Assembly (NCBI GenBank): GCA_963770935.1 | Contig: CAVYRJ010000016.1 | Location: 59,304-123,303 of the forward strand | Direction: 5' to 3' | Origin: Candidatus Bathyarchaeota archaeon | Lineage (GTDB): Archaea > Thermoproteota > Bathyarchaeia > Bathyarchaeales > Bathycorpusculaceae | DNA: 64,000 bases | Part shown: positions 43,068 through 53,358 of the stretch, one piece after another | Layout of the letters: each line of letters begins with the position of its first letter | How positions within the stretch are numbered: position 1 is the first letter of the stretch | Made by a program: the position numbers and the translations under genes | Notes under the pieces: model-generated | What the model saw: only the letters and a program-made list of their open reading frames with translations | The model's database searches: none | What the model was told of the DNA's origin: nothing

Positions 43068-43853
43068 TTAGGGATCTTTTAATAGCAAAGCATTTTCATA
43101 GATTGAGAGAGAGTCGGGGAGAGAATTCCCAGGAATTTTCTGCATTTTCAAGAATACAAAATATTTTTTAAGGGTCTTCCTGATATTTGAATAGTCTTGC
43201 TTGTGCGTATGGGGATTTGTTAAACGATCCAGTTTTGTTTTGTTGTTTTGGTCCCAAACATGCGATTCAGATTTCCAAAAAGATTTAACAATAATCTCTA
43301 GCATTTTTGTTTCAATTGGATAGCCTGCCGCAAGCAATCCATTTGTTTTAAGTACGAATTTTATATTTTGGAGTGCTTGATCTAAATTCTCTATATGCTC
43401 AAACACACTTGCACAAACTGTTAAGTCAACAGAGGATTCTCGGAGTGGTAAATGACACAAGTCACAACAAACAAAGTCGGTATGCCTTAAAGATTGTTTT
43501 GCCCAATGAAGCTGACTCTTATCTATATCTAAACCAATCGTGTTAGCTCTCAACGACAAATAACCAGTGAGATATCCTACATTGCAACCCATATCGACTA
43601 CAAAAATTCTCTCCTTTAGAGCAAAATCAATCATTCTTAACAAATATTCTTGTCTCATTGTTAACAGAGCGGGAAGTACCCAATGATAAATTCCCTTTTT
43701 CCCCTCCCGAATAAGTGATTCAGTTAGGGCAACATTCAATACGTTCTTGCTCTTTTTCACTTTCAATCCACCGATTACTCCCTGGAGATTATAGTATAAT
43801 TTTTCTAATGTGTTGATTTGTATCAAAGAAACAGTTACCAAGCCTAAATTCAA
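43068..43853 (-). CDS. Class I SAM-dependent methyltransferase (start probably downstream of the ORF-track start)
   Basis: VVDMGCNVG, GLDID, LPLRESSVD, VFEHI. Confidence 0.85.
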   Translation of the reverse strand: MNLGLVTVSLIQINTLEKLYYNLQGVIGGLKVKKSKNVLNVALTESLIREGKKGIYHWVLPALLTMRQEYLLRMIDFALKERIFVVDMGCNVGYLTGYLSLRANTIGLDIDKSQLHWAKQSLRHTDFVCCDLCHLPLRESSVDLTVCASVFEHIENLDQALQNIKFVLKTNGLLAAGYPIETKMLEIIVKSFWKSESHVWDQNNKTKLDRLTNPHTHKQDYSNIRKTLKKYFVFLKMQKIPGNSLPDSLSIYENALLLKDP

Positions 43854-43984
43854 GTCATCTATTTTTCGAAGTAAAAAGGAGACTAAAAAAATATTGTCTG
43901 CGACAAAAAACGTGTTTAACGTTAAACTAATTATGCTGTTTTTGAAGTGGCTTTAATGAAAATCAAAAAAATAAACAATTGTCA

Positions 43985-44926
43985 TCAGCTATAGTTCTTG
44001 GTGCTCCAATTGCTCCATGCGTTCCATTGACTCTGAGTCATACCATGGACCCAGAAAATATCAATGCCCGCAAACTTATCCGCAGGCATTCCAGCAGCAA
44101 ACTGTTCATCAACCCAACTCATTGCATCTGCCAAAGGATAGTAATCCGGAAAATCAGAGTGAATCGCTAAACCAACAGGCGATGACGAGTAACGTAAAAA
44201 GAAATCCATGTGCTCTTTAACTTTTGTTTCTGTTTGTCCTGATGGATAGTTACCATAGAGCATGGGTTGCAAGCGATCAACGTGGATAGAGTTGAATAAT
44301 ATTGAACCCATACTTGGCCCCCAATAGCTTATCATAGCAGTGAAATATTCTTTTCCCAATGTGTGCATGGCTGCAGTTGCGTCATTGTAGTAACTAATTA
44401 AGTTGGTATAGCTCCAAGGGTTCATAGCTTCAACATCATCAGCGATCCCGTCAAAATTGTAGGCGTTAATGAGATTAATCATGTTGTTGATTTGTGTTTG
44501 TCGCTTTGATGGGCTTACATCTATTATTGATCCATAGTTTTCTTGTGAGGTAATCCATGCATAAATCATTAGACCCGCGGTGTGGGCATTTGAAACTGCT
44601 GTGCGCAATTCCGCATCCGATGGAAAACCATTTCTACCTATATTACCGTTTGATAGCCAATAACCTGTTTGAACATAAACATAAGATATTTTTTTTGTTT
44701 TGTAAAATTGACTCTCCGACGAAGTTATTTCCGATCCTGCTTGACACCAAATACCGCTAGCTTCATCATTTCCCGGAGGTGACGATATTGCGCCATACGA
44801 TGAAATTGCTTTATAGGTCGTGGTTGATGTTTGGCCTAATGCAATTTCAACAATGCTCGCGTTAAGAATTAAACTTATAAAGATTACAGAAATAACAATT
44901 TTTACGACTGATTGTTGCATAGCCAC
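43985..44926 (-). CDS. Secreted GH18-like TIM-barrel protein, third paralog
   Basis: Signal peptide; AHTAGLMIYAW, YNFDGIADDVE; C-terminus nearly identical to that of 14384-15061. Confidence 0.8.
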   Translation of the reverse strand: MAMQQSVVKIVISVIFISLILNASIVEIALGQTSTTTYKAISSYGAISSPPGNDEASGIWCQAGSEITSSESQFYKTKKISYVYVQTGYWLSNGNIGRNGFPSDAELRTAVSNAHTAGLMIYAWITSQENYGSIIDVSPSKRQTQINNMINLINAYNFDGIADDVEAMNPWSYTNLISYYNDATAAMHTLGKEYFTAMISYWGPSMGSILFNSIHVDRLQPMLYGNYPSGQTETKVKEHMDFFLRYSSSPVGLAIHSDFPDYYPLADAMSWVDEQFAAGMPADKFAGIDIFWVHGMTQSQWNAWSNWSTKNYS

Positions 44927-45259
44927 CCACTAGCAATGTATGCATTATTACGATTCACGACCGAATTTAAATGTTGTGTTGCAGTGAACCAGAAATGAAA
45001 CAATTCACAACCGATAACAAACAAATAATCTTGATATGCATTTACCAGTTTCTTCATAATAGAATAACAAAACAAGAAGCCAAAACTTCCAATGAAACAA
45101 AAAATAGGCGAAATTTTCTCTACTGGCATAAATTTAACTTAAAAATGATCATAAGCAAGTTAAGAAGTACCAATTGATTATCTGAAGTTCATTTTTCAGA
45201 AAATATGTAAAGAAACCTTCCGCTTGTTTCGAAGTCCAAGAAGTAATGGGTGATTGGCA

Positions 45260-46075
45260 CTATGAAATTGCCTTACTTGCTTTCCAGTTCTTGTATGTCG
45301 AATCAACAGTTATTGCACTTTTTAGAAGCGTGCCACCATTGGTTAGTGATATAAGATACCTAATATCCTTAGGTAGACAGTGCCCACCGATCCCCTCCTT
45401 GGCATCTAGAAGGTCGATGTTCCATTTTGTGTTGCATGCTTCTCGAACTTGCTCGAAGCTCAAATCAAGATCGTTACAGATCATTTTAAGTTCTTCGGCA
45501 AAAGATATTTGCACAAATCGATAGGCATTTTCTGCAACTTTTGTCATTTCTGCAATTTCTATAGAAGGAACTACGTGTAAGGGTATCCCATTGTCCTCAT
45601 AGAATTCCCTGCCCAATTTGAGACTTTTTTCATCAATCCCGCCTATCACTCTTTTCTGTTTTACGCCATGCTCTAAAGGTTCAGCACCATAAAACCTATG
45701 GGGCACATGGACTAATGCAATTCTTTTTTCAAAAATGTCTTCATAGATTTTTCTCGAAGTAAATGGTACAATTGTACTTTCAATAGAAACTAAAGAGGGC
45801 TTGCCATCAACTTTAGCAATTTTTTCGCAACAATCAAACACTGGGACTAAGTCTGGTGTTCCATCTTTAGATAGCCGAGTGGAAACGCATACGACATAAA
45901 CATCCATGGAGGGTACTTCAGACCAGTTTGTTGTAGCTCTAGAAAGTCCGGCATCTTTCGCCTTGTTCACTGCAGAAGAAGCTATATCGTAACCCCAAAC
46001 TTCGTGTTCACGTACCATGTACAAAGCAGTTGGCAGACCAACTTCACCTAGTCCTAATACACAGATTTTCAACAT
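45260..46075 (-). CDS. UDP-sugar 6-dehydrogenase family protein (WecC-like), short form lacking the C-terminal domain
   Basis: GLGEVGLPTA, ESTIVP, AEMTKVAENAYR, GIGGHCLPKD. Confidence 0.85.
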   Translation of the reverse strand: MLKICVLGLGEVGLPTALYMVREHEVWGYDIASSAVNKAKDAGLSRATTNWSEVPSMDVYVVCVSTRLSKDGTPDLVPVFDCCEKIAKVDGKPSLVSIESTIVPFTSRKIYEDIFEKRIALVHVPHRFYGAEPLEHGVKQKRVIGGIDEKSLKLGREFYEDNGIPLHVVPSIEIAEMTKVAENAYRFVQISFAEELKMICNDLDLSFEQVREACNTKWNIDLLDAKEGIGGHCLPKDIRYLISLTNGGTLLKSAITVDSTYKNWKASKAIS

Positions 46076-46310
46076 AATACCTCAACATTAATAGTAATTA
46101 TCCTTGTTTCAAGCAGTTCTTATTTTCTTCAAAATACCTATTTTAAGATTTTGTACTCAGGATACATATTTTATTTACATAGTATTTTGTCGACTCTCAA
46201 AAGATCTTAAAACCCTACTTAATACCTGTAAAGCAATTAGAATCTCTGGATTGACTATCATCTGAAGAACCGCAGTGTGGGATCAACATTTCTAAAGAAA
46301 CCGCATTTTT

Positions 46311-47519
46311 CTAAAGTTGGGGCAATGTATTATTTGAAATAGCATAATACATATCTTCAAATCTCTTTCCGACAGTTTCCCAAGAGTAATTCTCTGTCGC
46401 AAATTTCTTTCCATTTTTTCCCATTTCCGCTGAAATCTCAGGATTGTCCAGTATTTTCTCTAAAGCATCTACTAATTGTGAAACACTTCCGTATTTGACA
46501 ACTAGGCCAAACTTACCTTTTTTTACAAAATCCATAGCAGGAGCGTCAGATACAATCACTGGTTTGCCCATCAAGCCTGCTTCTAAGGGGACAATTCCAA
46601 ATCCTTCTTGAATGCTGTCATAAACAACAACAGAAGCAGAATTGTAAGCCGCCAACACTTGTTTGCGGTTCAGAGATCCAGTAAAAATGACTTTGCTTGT
46701 TAAACTAAGGTCTATTACAATTTCTTTTAAAGTACCTAAGAAACCATCATCTGGACCTGCTATCACCAATTTCATATTATTCTTTCTTTGAGAAATAGAA
46801 GCAAAAGCCTTTACAAGGATATCAATACCTTTTTCGCAGTGAACTCTACCCAAATAAAGAACAACTTCAGCATCATCTATTCCAAAGAATTTTCTAAAAT
46901 CAATTGTTTGAGAGAAATCTGAAAAATCTGAAGGAGTCACCCCGTTGGGTACAATGGTAATCTTATTTCGTTTTATTCCAGCATTGACATATTGAGTTGC
47001 TTCAAATTGTGATAGAGCATGTAGTGTGCTTGCGTCTTTCACTAATTTTTTTCCAAAACTGAACTCAAAAACTCTTCGTAATATTGACCAATCCCAAGAT
47101 TCTTTCTGGTAAGAAAACTCTCCGTGAGATGACAAAACATATGGAACACGGTTTCTATTAAGATAATAGAAGATTATATTCTGAAAAGTTCTGTATTCAT
47201 GAAGATGTATGACGTCAAAAGAGCTAACGTTTTTTCGCAAAGCTTGAATCATTTTTGGAGTAATGAAAATACCGGCAAAAAGTCTAGCTATGCTTTGAAA
47301 ATAAAAAATTTCAATGCCATCTATAATTTGATGTTTTTCCTTAATTTTGGAGTTAGAGTGTATGTCTAAAGCGTCTGAAGTATATACAACAACTCTATGA
47401 CCTCTTTTGACTAAGTACTTTGAAAGTTCATAGGTGCATTGAACTGGACCTCCAAAGCTTACGGCAGGATAGAAATATTTTGTGATCTGAAGAATATTCA
47501 TGGCTTTCACAGACAACAT
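46311..47519 (-). CDS. Glycosyltransferase family 4
   Basis: FGGP, VPNGV, YLGRVH.EKG, AGPDDG, EGFGIVPLEA. Confidence 0.9.
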   Translation of the reverse strand: MLSVKAMNILQITKYFYPAVSFGGPVQCTYELSKYLVKRGHRVVVYTSDALDIHSNSKIKEKHQIIDGIEIFYFQSIARLFAGIFITPKMIQALRKNVSSFDVIHLHEYRTFQNIIFYYLNRNRVPYVLSSHGEFSYQKESWDWSILRRVFEFSFGKKLVKDASTLHALSQFEATQYVNAGIKRNKITIVPNGVTPSDFSDFSQTIDFRKFFGIDDAEVVLYLGRVHCEKGIDILVKAFASISQRKNNMKLVIAGPDDGFLGTLKEIVIDLSLTSKVIFTGSLNRKQVLAAYNSASVVVYDSIQEGFGIVPLEAGLMGKPVIVSDAPAMDFVKKGKFGLVVKYGSVSQLVDALEKILDNPEISAEMGKNGKKFATENYSWETVGKRFEDMYYAISNNTLPQL

Positions 47520-47564
47520 AGAATTAGTGTAGGGTACAGCATTTCTCGATTAAATATTTATGGA

Positions 47565-48173
47565 CTAATTTGAAGGGATTACCACGTTAAACCACATGTT
47601 AACTGAAGCCGAAGATAATCCCTTTTCAGATTCCCAGCCAAAGACATATTCTTCAGAACTGTTGTCCTGAACCCAAAGTTCAAAAACCATAATGAAGGAG
47701 TGATTCATTGAAATTAAAGTATCAATATTAACTGGTTGATCGTTGACCAATAGTTGGTCTATAACAACAGAACCATTGTGTGCTTCTGCATCCATTATGC
47801 TCCAAGAGAAAGGGATCAACACACTTTGATTGACAGATAGTGAAAGAGGAAACGCGACAAAAGAGGTCAAGTTGCTGGGCTTGTTCTCCTGATCATCAGG
47901 TAGTTCCATTATAGAGTTAAGGAGTTTTACCCTTACGCTAACATTCTGTGCGTATCCAAGGTGATTATGGAGATAGATAAACCAACTACTTAGTGTGCCA
48001 ACATTGATATCGGAATTTTCGTTGGAAAAATATGCATTGGCAGTTTTGTCTTTTCCAAGCAAACCTAACTCGATAAACCGCTCCTCCTGAGTTGGCCAAA
48101 CGCTACTTATTACAGCTACTATAACAATAAGCAACAGGATAAGTCCCGCAATAATAATAACTGTTTTATGCAT
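47565..48173 (-). CDS. Membrane-anchored DUF1616-like protein
   Basis: N-terminal TM followed by P..EERFIELGLLG...A..Y and NH.G; C-terminal ELW...W..V. Confidence 0.7.
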   Translation of the reverse strand: MHKTVIIIAGLILLLIVIVAVISSVWPTQEERFIELGLLGKDKTANAYFSNENSDINVGTLSSWFIYLHNHLGYAQNVSVRVKLLNSIMELPDDQENKPSNLTSFVAFPLSLSVNQSVLIPFSWSIMDAEAHNGSVVIDQLLVNDQPVNIDTLISMNHSFIMVFELWVQDNSSEEYVFGWESEKGLSSASVNMWFNVVIPSN

Positions 48174-48667
48174 TAATTAGATCAACCAACGTAAACATAC
48201 AGTGCATATTTTCAACAAGCGGATTGCACCGAGATCTGATATTATTTATCAAAATATGTTTAATGCTCATATACTGGATGGGATGAAAACTGATCGACTA
48301 AGCAATTTCCGTGTTATCACAAATAAGCTTGTCCTTCCTCAAAAGAAACTACCTTAAGAACCACGATAAATTTCAGCCTATCAAACGTTTTCCCAATTGG
48401 TGAGTTAAAAAATCACCAATTTTCACGTTAAAAAGTTTCTATAGTGATTTCTTCTATCTTTAGAACTTCTTCAAAGACTATCTATCTTGGATCTGCCCAT
48501 AAAATCGTACCAAAACCTTTTGAAAGGCTCACAATTTCGTTAGACAAGCAAGACAAATCATCTTTGGAACAAATTCCTTTAACATATAAGCTGTCAAATC
48601 GACAGGAGCCAATGGACTTTGATCTACATCTAATACAAAAAAGGAAAGTATGTTGCCTAATAAGCTA

Positions 48668-49627
48668 TTATGTTAACTGTTGCTGTATCCATTTGTAGGT
48701 TTTTGTCAAGCCTTCCTCAAGTGTCACTTCGGGTTGCCAATTAAGCACCTTCTTGACAAGCGTCAGATCTGCATTTCTGCCCCTAACGCCTTGCGGCGCA
48801 TTGAGATCATATGTTTTACTTATATTTTTTCCGGCGATTTTAATTACAATGTCCGCCAATTCATTAATCGTTACCAGCCTATCTGAACCTATATTGAGCG
48901 GTTTATTATGATCTGATTCCATGAGCAGCACTGTAGCTCTAACTGCATCATCAACGTAACAGTATGATCTCGATTGTTTGCCGTCGCCCCAAATTTCAAT
49001 TGAGCCAGGATTAGGAGCCTCAGCAACTTTTCTGCATATTGCAGCAGGTGATTTTTCTCTGCCGCCCTTATATGTTCCTTCAGGCCCATAGATGTTATGG
49101 TATCGTAGAACCCTTATGTCCATATTATAATCACGCTGGTAAGCTTCGCACATTTTTTCTGTGTATAGCTTTTCCCAACCATAAAAATTATCAGGGTCAG
49201 CCGGATAAGCATCTTCTTCGCGTAGACCTTCAATGTTTGGGTTTGTCTGTCTATAGGTTGGATAAACACATGCTGAACTTGAGAAAAGGTAACGTTTGAC
49301 TTTTCCTAGCCGAGACGCCTCAAGCATTAGAGTATTGATCAGAGTATTATCATGCATGACTTCGGCTCCTATTTCAGTTATAAAGCCAATTCCACCCATG
49401 TTAGCTGCTAAATTGTATACTTTGTCAATTCCTTCAACAGCCTTGAAACAGTTGTCTTTTTCACGAAGATCAAGCATTTTTCTTTCAGAATAATAGTCCG
49501 TTATGTAATCATCAAATTTGATATCAACAACACGCACAAAGTGACCTTGTTTCAAGAGATACCGTGCTAAGTGACTGCCGACAAAGCCGCCTCCACCCGT
49601 AACTAAAACTCTATCCATCATGATCAA
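48668..49627 (-). CDS. GDP-mannose 3,5-epimerase-like SDR
   Basis: LAANMGGIGFI, FSSSACVYP, YGWEK, RYHNIYGPEGTYKGGREKSPAAICRK, PQGVRGRN. Confidence 0.85.
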   Translation of the reverse strand: MIMMDRVLVTGGGGFVGSHLARYLLKQGHFVRVVDIKFDDYITDYYSERKMLDLREKDNCFKAVEGIDKVYNLAANMGGIGFITEIGAEVMHDNTLINTLMLEASRLGKVKRYLFSSSACVYPTYRQTNPNIEGLREEDAYPADPDNFYGWEKLYTEKMCEAYQRDYNMDIRVLRYHNIYGPEGTYKGGREKSPAAICRKVAEAPNPGSIEIWGDGKQSRSYCYVDDAVRATVLLMESDHNKPLNIGSDRLVTINELADIVIKIAGKNISKTYDLNAPQGVRGRNADLTLVKKVLNWQPEVTLEEGLTKTYKWIQQQLT

Positions 49628-49751
49628 ACTCCAATTAAGATTTTCATTTGTATTTAGATTTAATAATTAATACTTTTTCCTTACTATTTAAGTCCTATTC
49701 CCACTTTAGAAATAATAATCCACGTAAAAGAAAACTCCACTCTTAAAAACT

Positions 49752-50909
49752 CTATCTTCTTGTTGACTGAACAGTATCAATGTTGTCATGTTTCTTTTTT
49801 GTAAGAGCCACTTCAAATAGTGCTTTAAGAAGGCTGATCTCAAAATCTACGAAAGTACCAAGGAGATGTTTTGAAATAAGGATCGAGAAAAGAGAAATAG
49901 CACCAATCACACTCCAAATAACCAACGAAAGAAACGGATCAAAAAACGTAAGCACGATCAAAGAACAAAGGCCTAGAAAAATTGCTACAGGGGCAACCAT
50001 TAGCATTCCAAAATTAGCCGGTAGCGTTAGCGTTCCAAATTTACCATATCTATAATTGAAAGCCATATTTCTGAATTTAAGCAAAATTTTAATCCAATTC
50101 GCTGCTCTAATCGTCTTCTGCTTGACTCGCTCATTACGCAGTTTGGGTGCGTACTCATAAAACTTCGCTTCTGAATCAAAAATCGTCTTATATCCTTTCT
50201 GTCTAATGAACAAAGCTGTTGCAGTATCAAAAGTAGCACCGTAACTCTCAAGGTCCGAAATAAGATCTTTTCTAACAGCAGAAGCCTCCCCTTTAAAATA
50301 GAAAGTTGAGTCCATATTAGTCTCAGAGGCTCTAACAAAATTAAAGATTTTCATGTATAATGCTTCTGACCCGCCGACCCCTTCATCAACATTAAGAATT
50401 ACATCCTTGCCAGTCACAGCCCCAATTCTTGGGTTAGAAAAATTCCTGATGAGGTTAAATATCGTGTCACTGTCATGAAATGATCCTGCATCGCTTAGAA
50501 TGATAATATCACCTTTGGACTCTTTGATTCCGGCAAACATGCAAGGACTATATCCCATTCGTTTATTGAATCTGATCAGACGAACATTTGGATACTTTAA
50601 AGAGTACTCTTCAATTAAATGAGCCGTAGAATCATTTGAATCATCGACAAAAATCAACTCCTGATTTTCCATAGGGTAATTGGATTGCAGCAAATTCTCA
50701 ATTTTTTTCGTAATAATTTTTTCTTCGTTGTGAGTTGGAGTAACAACGGATACAAAGGGTTTAAACTCGCTTCCAAATGTCTTCTTGTCAATTCCTGTTG
50801 GTCGTTTACGTATTCTACTAAAGTAGATTAAGACTAAGCCATATAGCCCAAAAATAAAAATAGGAATCGCAAAGAACAAAAATACCAAGATACGCAATAC
50901 TTCAATCAT
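49752..50909 (-). CDS. Membrane-embedded GT2 (PgaC/IcaA-like topology)
   Basis: One N-terminal TM; PTHNEE, VDDSND, SDA, GE, FD, QKTIRA; two to three C-terminal TMs. Confidence 0.8.
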   Translation of the reverse strand: MIEVLRILVFLFFAIPIFIFGLYGLVLIYFSRIRKRPTGIDKKTFGSEFKPFVSVVTPTHNEEKIITKKIENLLQSNYPMENQELIFVDDSNDSTAHLIEEYSLKYPNVRLIRFNKRMGYSPCMFAGIKESKGDIIILSDAGSFHDSDTIFNLIRNFSNPRIGAVTGKDVILNVDEGVGGSEALYMKIFNFVRASETNMDSTFYFKGEASAVRKDLISDLESYGATFDTATALFIRQKGYKTIFDSEAKFYEYAPKLRNERVKQKTIRAANWIKILLKFRNMAFNYRYGKFGTLTLPANFGMLMVAPVAIFLGLCSLIVLTFFDPFLSLVIWSVIGAISLFSILISKHLLGTFVDFEISLLKALFEVALTKKKHDNIDTVQSTRR

Positions 50910-50920
50910 AATACTTACAT

Positions 50921-51859
50921 CTATCCCAACATTGTTTTAGAATCAAGGTCATTTCTATTTTGAAAGCTCTTTTTAAGAAAATTGAATGTTTCAAGTGCTT
51001 GATCTACTGTTGACACTCCAACAACCATACCTTCAAGATTTGGCAGACTTTCAATATATTCAACTGCGTCGGGAAGTCTAATGTAGCCAGCAGCTAGTAT
51101 GCTCATTGCTATGACTTTACATTCAGGGATTTTTGCCAATGCTTGTTCACAGCTAGTTTTTGAGGGATTCATCTGGAATCCAACTTTGTTAAAAGAGGAC
51201 ACAAGCTCAATTTCCCCAAAGTCAACATCCCAATCAGAAAATTTATTCACTAAGTAAGTAAAGTTTCGAGTCTCAAATCCCGGTTTTATGCCCAATCTTG
51301 AGACAAAATGAATATACGATTTAATTAACCAATCTAAATTGAGGGCAACGGCCATATCAGTAACAACTTCATGAAGCAGTATAGAAGATAGCTTTTGCTT
51401 CTTTCCTATTGAAGATCTAATTCTTGATTCTTCATACTTCAAATATGTTTTCATAAGATCTTCAGGGTCCATGCGGACAATACCGCTAATACCGCTGGCA
51501 ACTGCACTTAAATTTCCTGACATCAAAATCTGTCCAGCTAATTTTTTTCCCAACCCCAGGGTACCTATATGTGTTGCCAACCTTACATATTCATAAGCAT
51601 ATGGAACAATAGCATGTAGCTCTATTGATGGATCATCAATCTTTTCACATATTATCCTCAAAGTAGAGAGGGTGGTATCGCTCACAGAAAACATGAACCC
51701 ATTTGCACCGTTCTTAATGGATTCCAAAACTATTTCAGCTGCACATTCTGCTTGACTTATTTTGCGTCCTCTGTCTCTTGCTCTATCTTCAGTTAGATGA
51801 CTAATTCCATGAAAAGGGTTATCACCCACGAGGATCAATTTCTCTGCCTTATGCAACAA
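50921..51859 (-). CDS. Uncharacterised TIM-barrel protein, distantly aldo/keto-reductase-like
   Basis: LVGDNPFHGISH, NKVGFQM, IAMSILAAG, VVGVS; overlaps the upstream oxidoreductase gene. Confidence 0.6.
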   Translation of the reverse strand: MLHKAEKLILVGDNPFHGISHLTEDRARDRGRKISQAECAAEIVLESIKNGANGFMFSVSDTTLSTLRIICEKIDDPSIELHAIVPYAYEYVRLATHIGTLGLGKKLAGQILMSGNLSAVASGISGIVRMDPEDLMKTYLKYEESRIRSSIGKKQKLSSILLHEVVTDMAVALNLDWLIKSYIHFVSRLGIKPGFETRNFTYLVNKFSDWDVDFGEIELVSSFNKVGFQMNPSKTSCEQALAKIPECKVIAMSILAAGYIRLPDAVEYIESLPNLEGMVVGVSTVDQALETFNFLKKSFQNRNDLDSKTMLG

Positions 51860-52892
51860 TTTTTTTTGCCTCTTTTCTTACTAGATCAATAATCTGATCT
51901 ACTTTAGACGCTTCTAGAAAGCTAGGATCAGCCTTACCACTGTTAAGAATTGAATTAATATATGATTCATCTTCCCTGTAATACTCAGAATCCCCGAGTA
52001 GATAATTCACATGGTCATCGAGATCATGCTTGAACCATTTTTGAGGAGCCTCATTTCTCAGTTTTAGATCCACCGTGTAATCATTGACCTTTAAAGTTCC
52101 ATCATGTCCAGTTATTTTTAATCCAAAATTTGGCATTCGGTAGTTATCCATACACCAAGATGCATGAATAGTACCTTCTAAATCGAATTTTTTAACTTCA
52201 AAGTCGACAGAGTCTTCCCCTTCTTGATCAACTATTGATTTTGAAAAGGCTGACTTTACTTCGAATTCATTGAAATACCACAATGCTAAATCAATGACGT
52301 GAGAGCCCAAATCAGACAATACTCCACCTCTTAAAGTTGACTTCTTGGAACCAGGTTGAACATTGGAAAAATCTGATGAGTAGGCATATGCATCAAAAGA
52401 AATTAGGTCTCCCAATATATTCTGAGTTAACATTTTTTTAACTTTCAGAAAGGTGACGGAGAATCTTTTCATGTAACCGACCATATTGACGCCTGCAACG
52501 GTTCGGGCTAACTCGCATAGCTCCTTTGATTTCTCCCAACTTGAGGTCAATGTCTTTTCTACAAAAATACTTGTTGCTATATGATTAGTAAGCAGGTTCT
52601 TAACAATGGGAAAATGACTAGGTATTGGTGTTGTCACATATACTGAACTTAGATCCAAACCAGCGAGTTTTTCCACATCATCGACTACTTGAGCAGACTT
52701 GAAAAGTCTCTTGACGAGTCTACGGAGTATGGAACTTTTGTCGCATAATGCCACGATCTCAACGTTAGGCATTGTATTTAGAATACTAGCATGAAGTAAA
52801 CCCATTTTACCGAGTCCAACAACTGCAACCTTAATAGTTTTCATATTAGAAATCTCCAGATAATGTTCTAAAGCTAATGCCATAGCTTTCAA
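51849..52892 (-). CDS. Gfo/Idh/MocA family oxidoreductase (start probably 52844)
   Basis: VGLGKMG, TTP..SH, FVEK, VGYMKRF, GGVLSDLGSHVID. Confidence 0.9.
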   Translation of the reverse strand: MKAMALALEHYLEISNMKTIKVAVVGLGKMGLLHASILNTMPNVEIVALCDKSSILRRLVKRLFKSAQVVDDVEKLAGLDLSSVYVTTPIPSHFPIVKNLLTNHIATSIFVEKTLTSSWEKSKELCELARTVAGVNMVGYMKRFSVTFLKVKKMLTQNILGDLISFDAYAYSSDFSNVQPGSKKSTLRGGVLSDLGSHVIDLALWYFNEFEVKSAFSKSIVDQEGEDSVDFEVKKFDLEGTIHASWCMDNYRMPNFGLKITGHDGTLKVNDYTVDLKLRNEAPQKWFKHDLDDHVNYLLGDSEYYREDESYINSILNSGKADPSFLEASKVDQIIDLVRKEAKKIVA

Positions 52893-53358
52893 TCGACAAA
52901 ATGTCTAAACTCAATAAACGTGTCAAATTCTTAGCAAGTACTTTCAAGCAGCCAAACTCCAATAGAATAAAGAACCCCTTAAGAAGCTTAAAGAAATTAA
53001 CAATACTTGTAATTTATTCAGACTAAACCTTAATTTAATATTTGGAAGTTTAAATTGAACTAATATTGAAGGCATACTCTACAAAGTCCCTCTCTGACAA
53101 GAGCAGACAAGCAACACGGAGTTTACAATAAGCATTCAATACTCTTACTTATCCCAACATCCCCAATACATTCCAGAAGCATATTTATAAACACAGAACT
53201 GCAGAAGCAAACAGGCAAACTCTAACTGTATAAAAAACATCCATGTCCGAATTTGAGATTTGTTCTATTTTTCTCAACAGCACTATGCCAAAGATGTAAG
53301 GAAAGCTAACAATAAAACTAATTATCATAAGAAAGGGTCTTTCATCAATAATCAGAAA

